Both the position numbers and the translations under genes were made by a program. A DNA stretch of 64,000 nucleotides from Escherichia coli (lineage in GTDB: Bacteria; Pseudomonadota; Gammaproteobacteria; Enterobacterales; Enterobacteriaceae). The notes below the pieces were generated by a model that did no database searches, was not told the origin of the DNA, and worked only from the letters and a program-made list of their open reading frames with translations. Below are positions 46,517-56,681 of this stretch, piece after piece (position 1 is the stretch's first letter; each line of letters begins with the position of its first letter). Location of the stretch: assembly GCF_024502345.1 (NCBI RefSeq), contig NZ_JALDNN010000001.1. One strand, 5' to 3'.

Positions 46517-47782
46517 ATGGCACTGACTGACGCAAAAATCCGGGCTGCAAAGCCCACTGACAAGGCTTATAAACTCACTGACGGGGCCGGCATGTTCCTG
46601 CTGGTTCATCCTAATGGTTCCCGTTACTGGCGTCTCCGTTATCGTATTCTGGGTAAGGAGAAAACCCTGGCACTTGGTGTGTATCCGGAAGTTTCTCTCT
46701 CCGAAGCTCGTACAAAACGGGATGAGGCCCGAAAACTGATTTCGGAGGGGGTTGACCCTTGCGAACAGAAAAGAGCTAAAAAAGTAGTCCCTGATTTACA
46801 ACTCTCTTTTGAACATATTGCACGACGCTGGCATGCCAGTAATAAACAATGGGCACAATCACACAGCGATAAAGTACTCAAAAGCCTCGAGACACACGTT
46901 TTCCCCTTTATCGGCAACCGGGATATCACAACACTCAGTACCCCGGACCTGCTTATCCCTGTTCGTGCTGCAGAAGCTAAACAAATTTATGAAATCGCCA
47001 GTCGTCTGCAGCAAAGAATATCTGCTGTAATGCGTTATGCCGTACAGTCTGGCATCATCAGATATAACCCGGCTCTGGATATGGCTGGTGCATTGACCAC
47101 GGTAAAACGCCAGCATCGCCCTGCTCTGGATCTTTCACGCCTGCCTGAACTTCTGTCGCGTATTGACGGTTATAAAGGCCAGCCTGTCACCCGACTGGCA
47201 GTTATGCTGAATTTACTGGTTTTTATTCGTTCCAGTGAACTCAGATATGCCCGCTGGTCTGAAATTGATATTGACAATGCCATGTGGACTATTCCAGCCG
47301 AACGCGAACCTCTGCCAGGCGTAAAATTTTCATACCGGGGCTCCAAGATGCGAACACCACATCTTGTGCCACTCAGCCAACAGGCTGTAGCCATACTGGC
47401 AGAACTTCAGACATGGGCAGGTGAAAATGGTCTGATCTTTACGGGAGCACATGACCCACGTAAACCAATCAGTGAAAACACCGTAAATAAAGCCCTGAGG
47501 GTTATGGGGTATGACACAACCCAGGATGTCTGTGGTCATGGATTCCGGGCGATGGCATGTAGTGCATTAATAGAATCAGGTTTGTGGTCCCGCGATGCTG
47601 TGGAACGCCAGATGAGCCATCAGGAGCGTAATGGTGTACGTGCTGCGTATATCCATAAAGCCGAACATCTGGAAGAACGTCGACTTATGCTACAGTGGTG
47701 GGCCGATTTTCTGGATGCAAACAGAGAAAGATTTATCAGTCCATTTGAATATGCAAAGATTAATAATCCATTAAAACAATAA
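46517..47782 (+). CDS. P4-type tyrosine integrase
   Basis: 421-aa ORF MALTDAKIRAAKPTDKAYKLTDGAGMFLLVHPNGSRYWRLRYR (P4-like arm-binding N-terminus) and catalytic HGFRAMA...RAAYIH; 197 bp after the tRNA-derived repeat. Confidence 0.9.
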   Translation: MALTDAKIRAAKPTDKAYKLTDGAGMFLLVHPNGSRYWRLRYRILGKEKTLALGVYPEVSLSEARTKRDEARKLISEGVDPCEQKRAKKVVPDLQLSFEHIARRWHASNKQWAQSHSDKVLKSLETHVFPFIGNRDITTLSTPDLLIPVRAAEAKQIYEIASRLQQRISAVMRYAVQSGIIRYNPALDMAGALTTVKRQHRPALDLSRLPELLSRIDGYKGQPVTRLAVMLNLLVFIRSSELRYARWSEIDIDNAMWTIPAEREPLPGVKFSYRGSKMRTPHLVPLSQQAVAILAELQTWAGENGLIFTGAHDPRKPISENTVNKALRVMGYDTTQDVCGHGFRAMACSALIESGLWSRDAVERQMSHQERNGVRAAYIHKAEHLEERRLMLQWWADFLDANRERFISPFEYAKINNPLKQ

Positions 47783-48103
47783 TCCTCCCGGGAAAATGCC
47801 CGGGAACCACCCGGGGATTATTTTTTGTTAAAAAAGGCAAAACGATATTAACTGATGTATTAAATGTTTACCGGATTGCTCCCTGCAGGTGGATTATCAG
47901 AATCCGCAGTTATTCGTTATTTATATATATTCAATAAAAAGAAACATCATAAAAAATCCCGCACCCACAGGGTGATGCGGGATAACTGACGTAAGGAATG
48001 CTGCCGGGATTTGGTGGTCCCTTGTGCTGATATGAATACAGGTTCTATTCTATACAGAATCCTTTTCAGTACAAGAGACTGTATTACAGTTTGCCATATA
48101 TGA

Positions 48104-49603
48104 TTACCTGTGGTCCGGAAGAATAAGTGGCTGCGGTTTCAGACTGTCTGCCGGCACATTTTTCTCTCCGTTAAAAACCATAACGGGTTCATTATCTTCG
48201 TCTGTCAGCGGATTGAATGGCGGTATATTTTCGGTACGAATACCGGTCAGCCACTGAAAAATGCCTGCGAAATTACGGGCACTGATTTTCCTGCTGACGG
48301 ACTGATGAGACGTGATGTCACTGGCGGTAATAATCAGGGGAACGCTGTAGCCCCCCTGCACATGACCATCATGATGAACAGGATTAGCACTGTCGCTGAC
48401 CGACAGCCCATGGTCAGAAAAGTAAAGCATTGCAAAGTGACGGGAATGCCGGCGAAGGATACCATCAAGCTGATCGAGAAAGTTATCCAGTTTACTGATG
48501 CTGGCGAGGTAACAGGCAATCTTTCGGGGATACTGCTCCAGGTAATAATTCGGCCAGGAGTTAAGTCGGTCACACGGATTCGGATGAGAGCCAATCATGT
48601 GCAGGAAAATCACCTTCGGCGAGGATTTATCCGCCAGCGCACGTTCTGTTTCCTGTAACAACAACATGTCATCCGTTTTACGGGAAGCGAAGCTGCCTTT
48701 CTTGAGGAAAACGGTATGCTCCGCATCAGAAGCAATAACAGAGATGCGTGTGTCATGCTCTCCCAGTTTTCCCTGATTGGATATCCACCATGTGCTGTAT
48801 CCTGCTTTTGCTGCCAGCGCCACCACGTTGTTGCCGGAGTCAGGGTTCTGCTCATAGTCATAAATCAGTGTCCGGCTCAGGGAAGGTACGGTACTGGCTG
48901 CTGCCGATGTATAGCCGTCAATAAATAAACCGGGAGCCGTATTCAGCCATGGTGTGGTTGGCACGGGATAGCCATATACCGACATATAATCCCTGCGCAC
49001 ACTCTCACCAGTAACGATAACAATCGTGTCATACAACGGTGTTCCCGGCAGGATTTTCCAGTTGTCAGCCCCGTGCTGACTCAGTTGTTTATAACGCTGC
49101 ATTTCACGCAATGTGTCAGTTGTTCCCACAACAATTCCTTTAACCATCCGCAACGGCCAGCTGTTTACAGAGCATAATACGAACAGCAGCAGTGCCAGCC
49201 AGTTACGGTGACCGCGGTGGTGTGTCCGCCAGAAAATCACCATGAATACCAGAATCGCGGCACTGACCAGAAAATGATAAACAGGAATCATCCCGGTAAA
49301 CTCTGCAGCCTCATCAGCCGTGGTCTGCAGCAACGCGACAATAAAACTGTTGTTGATTTTACCGTACGTCATACCCGCAGGCGCATACAGTGCACAACAG
49401 AACAGAAATAACAGCGTTGTAATGGATGTGAGGGTATTTCTGTGTGCAAGGAGAAGAAGGAGAAACAGAAGCAGCACATTTCCTGTGGCATTCTTCTCAG
49501 TGTATCCGCATGCAATTGTGATTATCACAGAAATAACAAAAAAGAATAAAAACAATAAAATCCGGGGTGTGTCGCCCGGACAAAACAGTTTTCTGATATT
49601 CAT
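48104..49603 (-). CDS. phosphoethanolamine-transferase-like membrane protein (sulfatase family, EptA-like)
   Basis: 499-aa ORF with N-terminal transmembrane region and sulfatase-domain motifs LHMIGSHPNP and YFSDHGLS. Confidence 0.7.
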   Translation of the reverse strand: MNIRKLFCPGDTPRILLFLFFFVISVIITIACGYTEKNATGNVLLLFLLLLLAHRNTLTSITTLLFLFCCALYAPAGMTYGKINNSFIVALLQTTADEAAEFTGMIPVYHFLVSAAILVFMVIFWRTHHRGHRNWLALLLFVLCSVNSWPLRMVKGIVVGTTDTLREMQRYKQLSQHGADNWKILPGTPLYDTIVIVTGESVRRDYMSVYGYPVPTTPWLNTAPGLFIDGYTSAAASTVPSLSRTLIYDYEQNPDSGNNVVALAAKAGYSTWWISNQGKLGEHDTRISVIASDAEHTVFLKKGSFASRKTDDMLLLQETERALADKSSPKVIFLHMIGSHPNPCDRLNSWPNYYLEQYPRKIACYLASISKLDNFLDQLDGILRRHSRHFAMLYFSDHGLSVSDSANPVHHDGHVQGGYSVPLIITASDITSHQSVSRKISARNFAGIFQWLTGIRTENIPPFNPLTDEDNEPVMVFNGEKNVPADSLKPQPLILPDHR

Positions 49604-49762
49604 CGGAGTATATCGACAACATTATTATGAAGAGAACAGGATAATAAAAATCAGAAATTATCTGTAAAACAGATAACAGACAACCCTGCAGTATAATTAC
49701 TGCAGGGTGTTTCCTTTTAATTACAGAAGATAAGTAATTATTATCTTTCAGGAGCAGTTTCG

Positions 49763-50503
49763 TCAGAAGTTATAAGTCACACCAAGCATGATGTCATGAC
49801 TTTTAACATCAACCTCTGATTTATATTTATCGCCCCACTCATCCTTGTAACTCACACTGCTGTCACCTGCATCAATATAGCGATAGCTGAGGTCAAGAGC
49901 GATATCCGGGGTTACGTCATAACGGACACCAGCCCCAAGGCTCCATGCAAAGTTGTCAGCAGAGTCTGAGTGTGACAACGACTCACGCCCACTGTACCCG
50001 TACCCGTAATCCCAAGTACTGATACCAGTTGTTTTCTGATGAATTCTGGCGTAACCAATCCCTGCGGATACCCATGGTGTGAATGCACTGTCGTTCCGGA
50101 AGTCATAGTACGTATTCAGCATCAGAGTGTTGACTGACACTTCATTCTTCAGGTCATCACGCCAGTAACCACCTGACCAGCTGTCTTTATCTACGTTATA
50201 CTTCGAATCAGCTTTTCCACGCGCGTAAAACTCCAGTTCTGTACGAACCGGAATACTGAACTGCGGATAAAAATCATAACCGGCCGCAATACCGCCACTG
50301 AATACCGTATCATGGTCATCGCCGCCTTTATACTTTGACGTTTCTTCCTCATCTCCTGACAGGAAACGCTGGTCTGAAAGTGACACCACAGAGGCACCGG
50401 CTTTACCGGTCAGATAAAAACCGCTTTTACCTTCCTCAGCACCTGCATTTGCTGCAAATACACAGGCTGCGGCCACCACTGAAACAGCAAAAACCTTTTT
50501 CAT
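49763..50503 (-). CDS. outer-membrane beta-barrel protein
   Basis: 246-aa ORF with signal peptide MKKVFAVSVVAAACVFAANAGA, alternating aromatic/hydrophilic strands and C-terminal ...GVTYNF. Confidence 0.7.
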   Translation of the reverse strand: MKKVFAVSVVAAACVFAANAGAEEGKSGFYLTGKAGASVVSLSDQRFLSGDEEETSKYKGGDDHDTVFSGGIAAGYDFYPQFSIPVRTELEFYARGKADSKYNVDKDSWSGGYWRDDLKNEVSVNTLMLNTYYDFRNDSAFTPWVSAGIGYARIHQKTTGISTWDYGYGYSGRESLSHSDSADNFAWSLGAGVRYDVTPDIALDLSYRYIDAGDSSVSYKDEWGDKYKSEVDVKSHDIMLGVTYNF

Positions 50504-50937
50504 TTCAATTATCTCCGTTATTGCTCCGTTGCTGCAAGCAGTACTCAGTGCATTTTAAAACCCGCCATGCGATAGTCTCAATTGAATAAAATCGATCGAA
50601 TCGATAGATGATATCGATCGTCATTAACCAGAAATTTTTATCGTATTCAGTCAGCACAGATACAACAAATGCATGCCATGCAGACAGTCATACCCGGCAA
50701 CAACAGCAGATGGTTGCTGAGCAAGCAGGGAGTGAGGCTGAATCCCGGGGAAGAAAAAACCTGTAAAATTTGTTTATTCTGCCAGGAGATAAAAGTGACG
50801 TGTGTTCATGTAACACACCAGGGACGAAAGATGCATGGACTGACAGTTTGGGGGATATGATGCAACTACAGACCAAAGTGTGAATCAGTATGACCCGGGC
50901 CAGAGTTTGTGCGGTTTCTTTATATAAAAAAGCCCAC

Positions 50938-51374
50938 GGTAATGACTCCAACTTATTGATAGTGTTTTATGTTCAGATAATGCCCGATGACTTTGTCATG
51001 CAGCTCCACCGATTTTGAGAACGACAGCGACTTCCGTCCCAGCCGTGCCAGGTGCTGCCTCAGATTCAGGTTATGCCGCTCAATTCGCTGCGTATATCGC
51101 TTGCTGATTACGTGCAGCTTTCCCTTCAGGCAGGATTCATACAGCGGCCAGCCATCCGTCATCCATATCACCACGTCAAAGGGTGACAGCAGGCTCATAA
51201 GACGCCCCAGCGTCGCCATCGTGCGTTCACCGAATACGTGCGCAACAACCGTCTTCCGGAGCCTGTCATACGCGTAAAACAGCCAGCGCTGGCGCGATTT
51301 AGCCCCGACATAGCCCCACTGTTCGTCCATTTCCGCGCAGACGATGACGTCACTGCCCGGCTGTATGCGCGAGG
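50938..51374 (-). mobile_element. truncated IS1 (right end and 3-prime part of insB)
   Basis: Begins with IS1 terminal sequence GGTAATGACTCCAACTTATTGATAGTG; minus-strand ORF 50953..51330 encodes the InsB C-terminal portion ([22 protein letters not shown]...); IS1 similarity stops near 51374. Confidence 0.85.
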
Positions 51375-51445
51375 TTACCTGCTCCCCGTTGATTAATACA
51401 CCGTGATGTTAGTAATGTCTTCATAAGCCACATGAGGACATCCCC

Positions 51446-51709
51446 ATGAAGAAGCGTTTTTCCGACGAACAGATCATATGTATTCTCCGCGAGGCCGAAG
51501 CTGGCGTTTCTGCCCGTGAGCTCTGCCGTAAGCACGCCATTTCCGACGCCACCTTTTACACATGGCGTAAGAAGTATGGCGGTATGGAGGTGCCTGAGGT
51601 TAAGCGCCTGAAGTCGCTTGAGGAAGAGAACGCCAGACTCAAGAAGCTGCTTGCCGAAGCCATGCTGGATAAAGAGGCGCTTCAGGTGGCTCTTGGGCGA
51701 AAGTACTGA
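51446..51709 (+). CDS. IS3-family transposase OrfA (HTH)
   Basis: 87-aa [52 protein letters not shown]. Confidence 0.85.
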   Translation: MKKRFSDEQIICILREAEAGVSARELCRKHAISDATFYTWRKKYGGMEVPEVKRLKSLEEENARLKKLLAEAMLDKEALQVALGRKY

Positions 51710-51732
51710 CGACAGACCAGAAGCGGGAAGCC

Positions 51733-52566
51733 GTGATGTTGATGTGTGATGCGACCGGTCTGTCGCAACGTCGTGCCTGCAGGCTTACAGGTTTATCCCT
51801 GTCGACCTGCCGCTATGAGGCTCACCGTCCGGCTGCTGATGCGCATTTATCAGGGCGCATCACTGAGCTGGCACTGGAGCGCAGGCGTTTTGGCTACCGT
51901 CGTATTTGGCAGTTGCTGCGCCGTGAAGGGCTTCATGTTAATCATAAGCGCGTGTACCGGCTTTATCACCTCAGTGGCCTGAGCGTAAAACGCAGAAGAC
52001 GTCGTAAAGGGCTGGCAACAGAACGTCTGCCGCTGCTCCGTCCGGCGGCGCCCAATCTGACCTGGTCGATGGATTTCGTCATGGACGCACTTTCCACCGG
52101 TCGCAGGATCAAGTGTCTTACCTGCGTCGATGATTTCACAAAGGAATGCCTGACGGTCACTGTTGCCTTTGGGATTTCAGGCGTTCAGGTCACGCGTATT
52201 CTGGACAGCATTGCACTGTTTCGAGGCTATCCGGCGACGATAAGAACTGACCAGGGGCCGGAGTTCACTTGCCGTGCACTGGATCAATGGGCCTTTGAGC
52301 ATGGTGTTGAGTTGCGCTTAATCCAGCCGGGCAAGCCAACGCAGAACGGATTTATTGAGAGCTTTAACGGACGATTTCGCGATGAATGTTTGAATGAGCA
52401 CTGGTTCAGCGATATCGTTCATGCCAGGAAAATTATTAATGACTGGCGGCAGGATTATAACGAATGCCGCCCGCACTCCACGCTGAATTATCAGACACCG
52501 TCTGAATTTGCAGCGGGCTGGAGAAAGGGTCATTCTGAGAATGAAGATTCCGACGTTACTAACTGA
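51733..52566 (+). CDS. IS3-family transposase OrfB (DDE catalytic domain)
   Basis: 277-aa ORF with integrase-core segments TWSMDFV, TDQGPEF and [16 protein letters not shown]; probably expressed as an OrfAB frameshift fusion. Confidence 0.85.
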   Translation: MMLMCDATGLSQRRACRLTGLSLSTCRYEAHRPAADAHLSGRITELALERRRFGYRRIWQLLRREGLHVNHKRVYRLYHLSGLSVKRRRRRKGLATERLPLLRPAAPNLTWSMDFVMDALSTGRRIKCLTCVDDFTKECLTVTVAFGISGVQVTRILDSIALFRGYPATIRTDQGPEFTCRALDQWAFEHGVELRLIQPGKPTQNGFIESFNGRFRDECLNEHWFSDIVHARKIINDWRQDYNECRPHSTLNYQTPSEFAAGWRKGHSENEDSDVTN

Positions 52567-52812
52567 GTGTTGTATCTAATCGTGGGGGCAGGTCACTCGA
52601 CTTGGTTCCATTAAAAACCATGAAGTTGATATAGGGTCAAGATTTTATACGATATACACATCAAGCATCTTGCATGAGTCGCACTGACTGACCCGGGTTA
52701 GTTACCATCATATTCTTTATGGTTGAGACCATACGGAAATCAGTGAATTAAAAATATTTATTCATCCAAAACACAAATGGTTTTAAGAAAGCCTAATGCC
52801 CTTCTTGTAAAA

Positions 52813-53082
52813 TTATTCAAGATAGTCAAGTATGTTTTTTATATTGTCAATTAAGGCGACATGCAGGTCAGGGTCATCACATTCATCTGAATGGCAATAG
52901 GAAATATGTTGAAGTATAATTCTTTTTTTGAATTCACTAACTGTACACTCCAACTCATACACCGACCGTACGATATCAATACAAGGTTCATCATCGATTA
53001 AAAAATCCTGCATTTTATTATACTTATCAGTCAGATCTTCTATCATAGAAATTAATACGGGGTCATTAACTAACATTGGCAT
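52813..53082 (-). CDS. hypothetical small protein
   Basis: About 89 codons from MPMLVNDPVLISMIEDL with upstream AGGAGA; downstream of and co-oriented with the AraC-family gene. Confidence 0.4.
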   Translation of the reverse strand: MPMLVNDPVLISMIEDLTDKYNKMQDFLIDDEPCIDIVRSVYELECTVSEFKKRIILQHISYCHSDECDDPDLHVALIDNIKNILDYLE

Positions 53083-53488
53083 ATCTCTCCTCATAATCTG
53101 AAAGTAAAGATGGACACAGCGCTGATAAATTCCAATTCCCTTGCTTGCGGTACCGACCGGGAGGAAGATGAAACTTGTTTTTAAAAGCTCTCGTGAAAGT
53201 TTGTTGCGAATTAAAACCATACTGAAGTGCAATGTCTAGGACTGTTCTGGAAGTCAATTTCAGATCAATCGCAGCACATGATAATCGACGAGCACGAACA
53301 TATTCACCCAGCGCAACACCGGTCGTCTGTTTAAACAAACGTTGAAAATGCCATCGTGAATACCCAGACTTCTCAGCAATAAATTCTACTGGCAAGGTTG
53401 TATTCAATGAACTTTCAACCCACTGCAAAATATCTTTGACAACACTTTCAGAATATTTCCTGGTGTCCATTCTCTCCCCCCAAACCAT
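53066..53488 (-). CDS. AraC/XylS-family transcriptional regulator (MarA/SoxS-like)
   Basis: ORF with paired HTH segments LPVEFIAEKSGYSRWHFQRLFKQTTGVALGEY and DIALQYGFNSQQTFTRAFKNKF. Confidence 0.8.
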   Translation of the reverse strand: MVWGERMDTRKYSESVVKDILQWVESSLNTTLPVEFIAEKSGYSRWHFQRLFKQTTGVALGEYVRARRLSCAAIDLKLTSRTVLDIALQYGFNSQQTFTRAFKNKFHLPPGRYRKQGNWNLSALCPSLLSDYEERYANVS

Positions 53489-53562
53489 ATTCTATGAATA
53501 TATTCAAACCAGAATACGGTCTCTGAGTCTGTCATCCATGAAGAACTCAGGGACCCAACTCT

Positions 53563-56064
53563 TTATTTTCGTAATAACCTCAGGCCATTTGCCACAACCA
53601 GAAGACTGGCACCAACATCAGCAAATACAGCCATCCACATAGTTCCCATTCCCATGAGCGTGAGTACAAGGAATACGGCTTTAATACCTAGAGCGAGGCT
53701 GATATTTTGCACGAGTAAGCTGTACGTTTGTCGGGATAATTTTACAAAGGCTGGGATTTTACGCAGGTCATCATCCATTAAGGCTACATCTGCAGTTTCA
53801 ATCGCCGTATCAGTACCCATTGCGCCCATAGCAAAACCGATATCAGCTGCAGCCAGAGCCGGTGCATCATTGATACCATCACCAACCATCCCAGTGATTC
53901 CAATCCGTGAATGCTCTTCAACTGCACGATGTTTATCTTCTGGCAATTGATTCCCTCGAGCCTCATCGATTCCAACCTGAGATGCGATTGCTTTAGCTGT
54001 ATGTGGGTTATCACCAGTCAGCATAATAGTTTTAACGCCAAGTTCATGAAGTTGTTCAATCGCTTCACGGCTGCTGTTTTTAACAGTATCAGCAACAGCG
54101 AACAACCCAAGCACTTGCTTACCATCATTGAGTAAAATAACTGTTTTACCCTGGCTTTCCAGCCTTTGTACTGTTGCTTTAATCTCTGATGGACAATTAA
54201 AGTGTTCTTCAGTCAAACGCAGGTTACCAAGGTAAAAATCCTTACCTGTAATCGCGCCATGCACACCTCGCCCAACAATCGCTTCAAAGCTGTCAACATC
54301 CTGCTTTTTCAAATCAGCAGAAGCATTCACAATTGCCAGTGAAACAGGGTGATCAGAGTAACTAGCGAGACTAGCTGCAGTAGTACGAACTTCACGCTCG
54401 CTCCACCCATTGAATACCATTACGTCGGTTTGTACTGGTTTCCCATAGGTAATAGTTCCTGTTTTATCCAGCGCAAGGGCTTTTAGCTTACGTCCCTGCT
54501 CAAGATAAACACCGCCTTTAATGAGAATCCCTTTGCGAGCAGCTGCAGTAAGTCCACTAACAATCGTTACTGGCGTAGAAATAACCAGGGCACATGGACA
54601 CGCAATGACAAGCATAACTAAAGCTTTATAGATCCACTCCTGCCATGTTCCTGCCCCAAACAATGGTGGCAATACAGCAACCGCAACAGCAATACCCATA
54701 ACGACGGGGGTATAAATCTGGGAAAAGCGGTCAACAAAACGTTGTGTAGCTGCTTTGGCGCCTTGCGCCTGCTCAACGGCATGAATGATGCGAGCAAGGG
54801 TTGTATTATTTGCAGCTGCAGTGACTTTATATTCAAAAGAGCCTGACTGATTTATTGTTCCAGCAAATACAGCATCGCCCGCAATTTTATCGACAGGCAT
54901 ACTTTCACCTGTAATTGGAGCTTGGTTAATGGTGGTTTGGCCTTTGACGATTTCTCCGTCGAGACCAATTCGTTCACCTGGTTTTACCCTGACAATACTG
55001 CCCGGTTGTACGCTACTGGCGTCAACTTCCTGCCATGTTCCATCAGCTTGTTGGACCATTGCAGTTTCAGGAGTCAGGTTCATCAGGGAACCTATTGCAT
55101 TTCTGGCTCTATCAAGTGATTTGGCTTCTATCAGCTCGGCAATGGTGAATAACACCATAACCATCGCCGCTTCTGGCCACTGCCCAAGGACCAAAGCCCC
55201 AGTAACGGCAATACTCATTAGTGCATTGATATTCAAGTTGCCATTGCGAATCGAAATCCAACCTTTTTTGTAGGTTGTCAGACCACAAGAAAGCACTGCT
55301 ATCAAAGCCAACCCAGCTTCTAGCCAGTCAGGCATATCAGCCCAGTGCATCACTTCGGCTGCAAGAGCAGCTACGCCAGCAAGAGCTAATGGCCACCAGG
55401 GCTTTTTTTTCTCCTGGGTATTTTTCTTGCCGCTAGTATTATCAGAGACTTCTGGCGCGAATCCCAACGAGCGAATTGCAGCCATGATAGCTTCAAGCGA
55501 ATCCGGTGTATGGGTTACAGTCAAAACACGCTGCATCAGGTTGAAATCAAGCTCTTTAACAGCGCTCATTCCACCCAGTTTCTTTTTGATAAGATTTTCT
55601 TCAACAGGACAATCCATCTGCATAATGCGAATTTCTGTCCGTAATCCACCAGCCACAACCTGCGAGCCCCCTAGGCTACTCAATTGTTCTGGAGCAGCGG
55701 AGCAACAATCCCCCTCATGGCCGTGATCGTGGCCTTCATGAGAATGCTCTTGCGCGGCATGAGCATGGTTACATCCCTTATGATTATGCTCATCATGCGA
55801 ATGCCCTTCGCCGCCATGGCTATGGGCATCATGATTATGGCCTTCATGGTTATGGCCTTCATGGTTATGACCTTCATGGGAATGATCATCACTGCATTTC
55901 TTGTGATTATGAGCCTGCTGATCATGTGCATGATCATTTGCTTTATGTGATTCACCAGTATTCTTAACCCGGAGTCCTGTCCCTAAATTGAACGTTTCAC
56001 AGCAACTAGCCGCTTCGTCTCCTGCAGGGTTTTTGCTATTTTTTACACCACCACTCATTTTCAT
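53563..56064 (-). CDS. heavy-metal-translocating P1B-type ATPase (Zn/Cd/Pb-type, ZntA/CadA-like) with His-rich N-terminus
   Basis: 833-aa ORF with His-rich N-terminal repeats (HEGHNHEGHNHEGHNH), metal-binding DCP motif, membrane CPC motif (VIACPCALV), phosphorylation site DKTGT and GDGINDAP. Confidence 0.85.
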   Translation of the reverse strand: MKMSGGVKNSKNPAGDEAASCCETFNLGTGLRVKNTGESHKANDHAHDQQAHNHKKCSDDHSHEGHNHEGHNHEGHNHDAHSHGGEGHSHDEHNHKGCNHAHAAQEHSHEGHDHGHEGDCCSAAPEQLSSLGGSQVVAGGLRTEIRIMQMDCPVEENLIKKKLGGMSAVKELDFNLMQRVLTVTHTPDSLEAIMAAIRSLGFAPEVSDNTSGKKNTQEKKKPWWPLALAGVAALAAEVMHWADMPDWLEAGLALIAVLSCGLTTYKKGWISIRNGNLNINALMSIAVTGALVLGQWPEAAMVMVLFTIAELIEAKSLDRARNAIGSLMNLTPETAMVQQADGTWQEVDASSVQPGSIVRVKPGERIGLDGEIVKGQTTINQAPITGESMPVDKIAGDAVFAGTINQSGSFEYKVTAAANNTTLARIIHAVEQAQGAKAATQRFVDRFSQIYTPVVMGIAVAVAVLPPLFGAGTWQEWIYKALVMLVIACPCALVISTPVTIVSGLTAAARKGILIKGGVYLEQGRKLKALALDKTGTITYGKPVQTDVMVFNGWSEREVRTTAASLASYSDHPVSLAIVNASADLKKQDVDSFEAIVGRGVHGAITGKDFYLGNLRLTEEHFNCPSEIKATVQRLESQGKTVILLNDGKQVLGLFAVADTVKNSSREAIEQLHELGVKTIMLTGDNPHTAKAIASQVGIDEARGNQLPEDKHRAVEEHSRIGITGMVGDGINDAPALAAADIGFAMGAMGTDTAIETADVALMDDDLRKIPAFVKLSRQTYSLLVQNISLALGIKAVFLVLTLMGMGTMWMAVFADVGASLLVVANGLRLLRK

Positions 56065-56139
56065 TGCCTCATCTGTTAACTATACTGACGATTAAAGACC
56101 CTAATCTAACTAGAGGGTCAAGCGCATAAGGGGGGAGGC

Positions 56140-56592
56140 ATGAAAATTGGTGAATTGGCCCGTAAGGCGGATTGTCCGGTGGAAACTATTCGGTACTATG
56201 AGAAAGAAGGATTACTTCAGGCTCCATTAAGAGATATTGAAAATAACTATCGCCGTTACAACAATACTCATCTGGAAAAGTTATTATTTATCCGACGCTG
56301 CCGCTCTCTTGATATGACCCATGAGGAAATACGTGCATTGCTACTGGCAATGAATAATCACGGTAAAGACTGTGGCCCCATTGATGCAATAATCAGTGCC
56401 CATCTCACTCATGTTCAGCATCGTATTAAAGAATTAATAGCCCTGGAAATACAACTCAAAGAACTTAATAACTATTGCAGCTCAGACCGGAGCGTGGACG
56501 AATGCGGGATAGTACAGAAATTGACTGCTGATGAAGAGAATGGTGATCTTCCTTTAACCGTACCAACTGACCACTTGGGGGGTGTGCATTAG
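56140..56592 (+). CDS. MerR-family metal-responsive regulator (ZntR/CadR/PbrR-like)
   Basis: 150-aa ORF with N-terminal HTH MKIGELARKADCPVETIRYYEKEGLL and C-terminal cysteines; divergent from the Zn/Cd/Pb-type ATPase. Confidence 0.8.
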   Translation: MKIGELARKADCPVETIRYYEKEGLLQAPLRDIENNYRRYNNTHLEKLLFIRRCRSLDMTHEEIRALLLAMNNHGKDCGPIDAIISAHLTHVQHRIKELIALEIQLKELNNYCSSDRSVDECGIVQKLTADEENGDLPLTVPTDHLGGVH

Positions 56593-56681
56593 TGGTGTGC
56601 GCTTATAAGTTGATTAGACTGATGGCGTAACACAAGCCCATACAGCTTTGTGCTACGCCATCATGCCCTTAAAATAAGGGG

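Larger units (their letters stand above)
51375..52595 (+). mobile_element. IS3-family insertion sequence (IS407-group-like) inserted into the IS1 copy
   Basis: orfA and orfB in transposase arrangement; imperfect terminal inverted repeats TTACCTGCTCCCCGTTGATTAATACAC (left) and GTTGTATCTAATCGTGGGGGCAGGTCA (right); exact ends approximate. Confidence 0.7.

Noticed and set aside
55740-55900. Repetitive His-codon tracts in the Zn/Cd/Pb-type ATPase N-terminus, and CACGAA repeats at 60775..60805 in the CDF gene
   Set aside because: Coding simple-sequence repeats producing His-rich metal-binding segments; no spacer structure, so not CRISPR and not an independent element.
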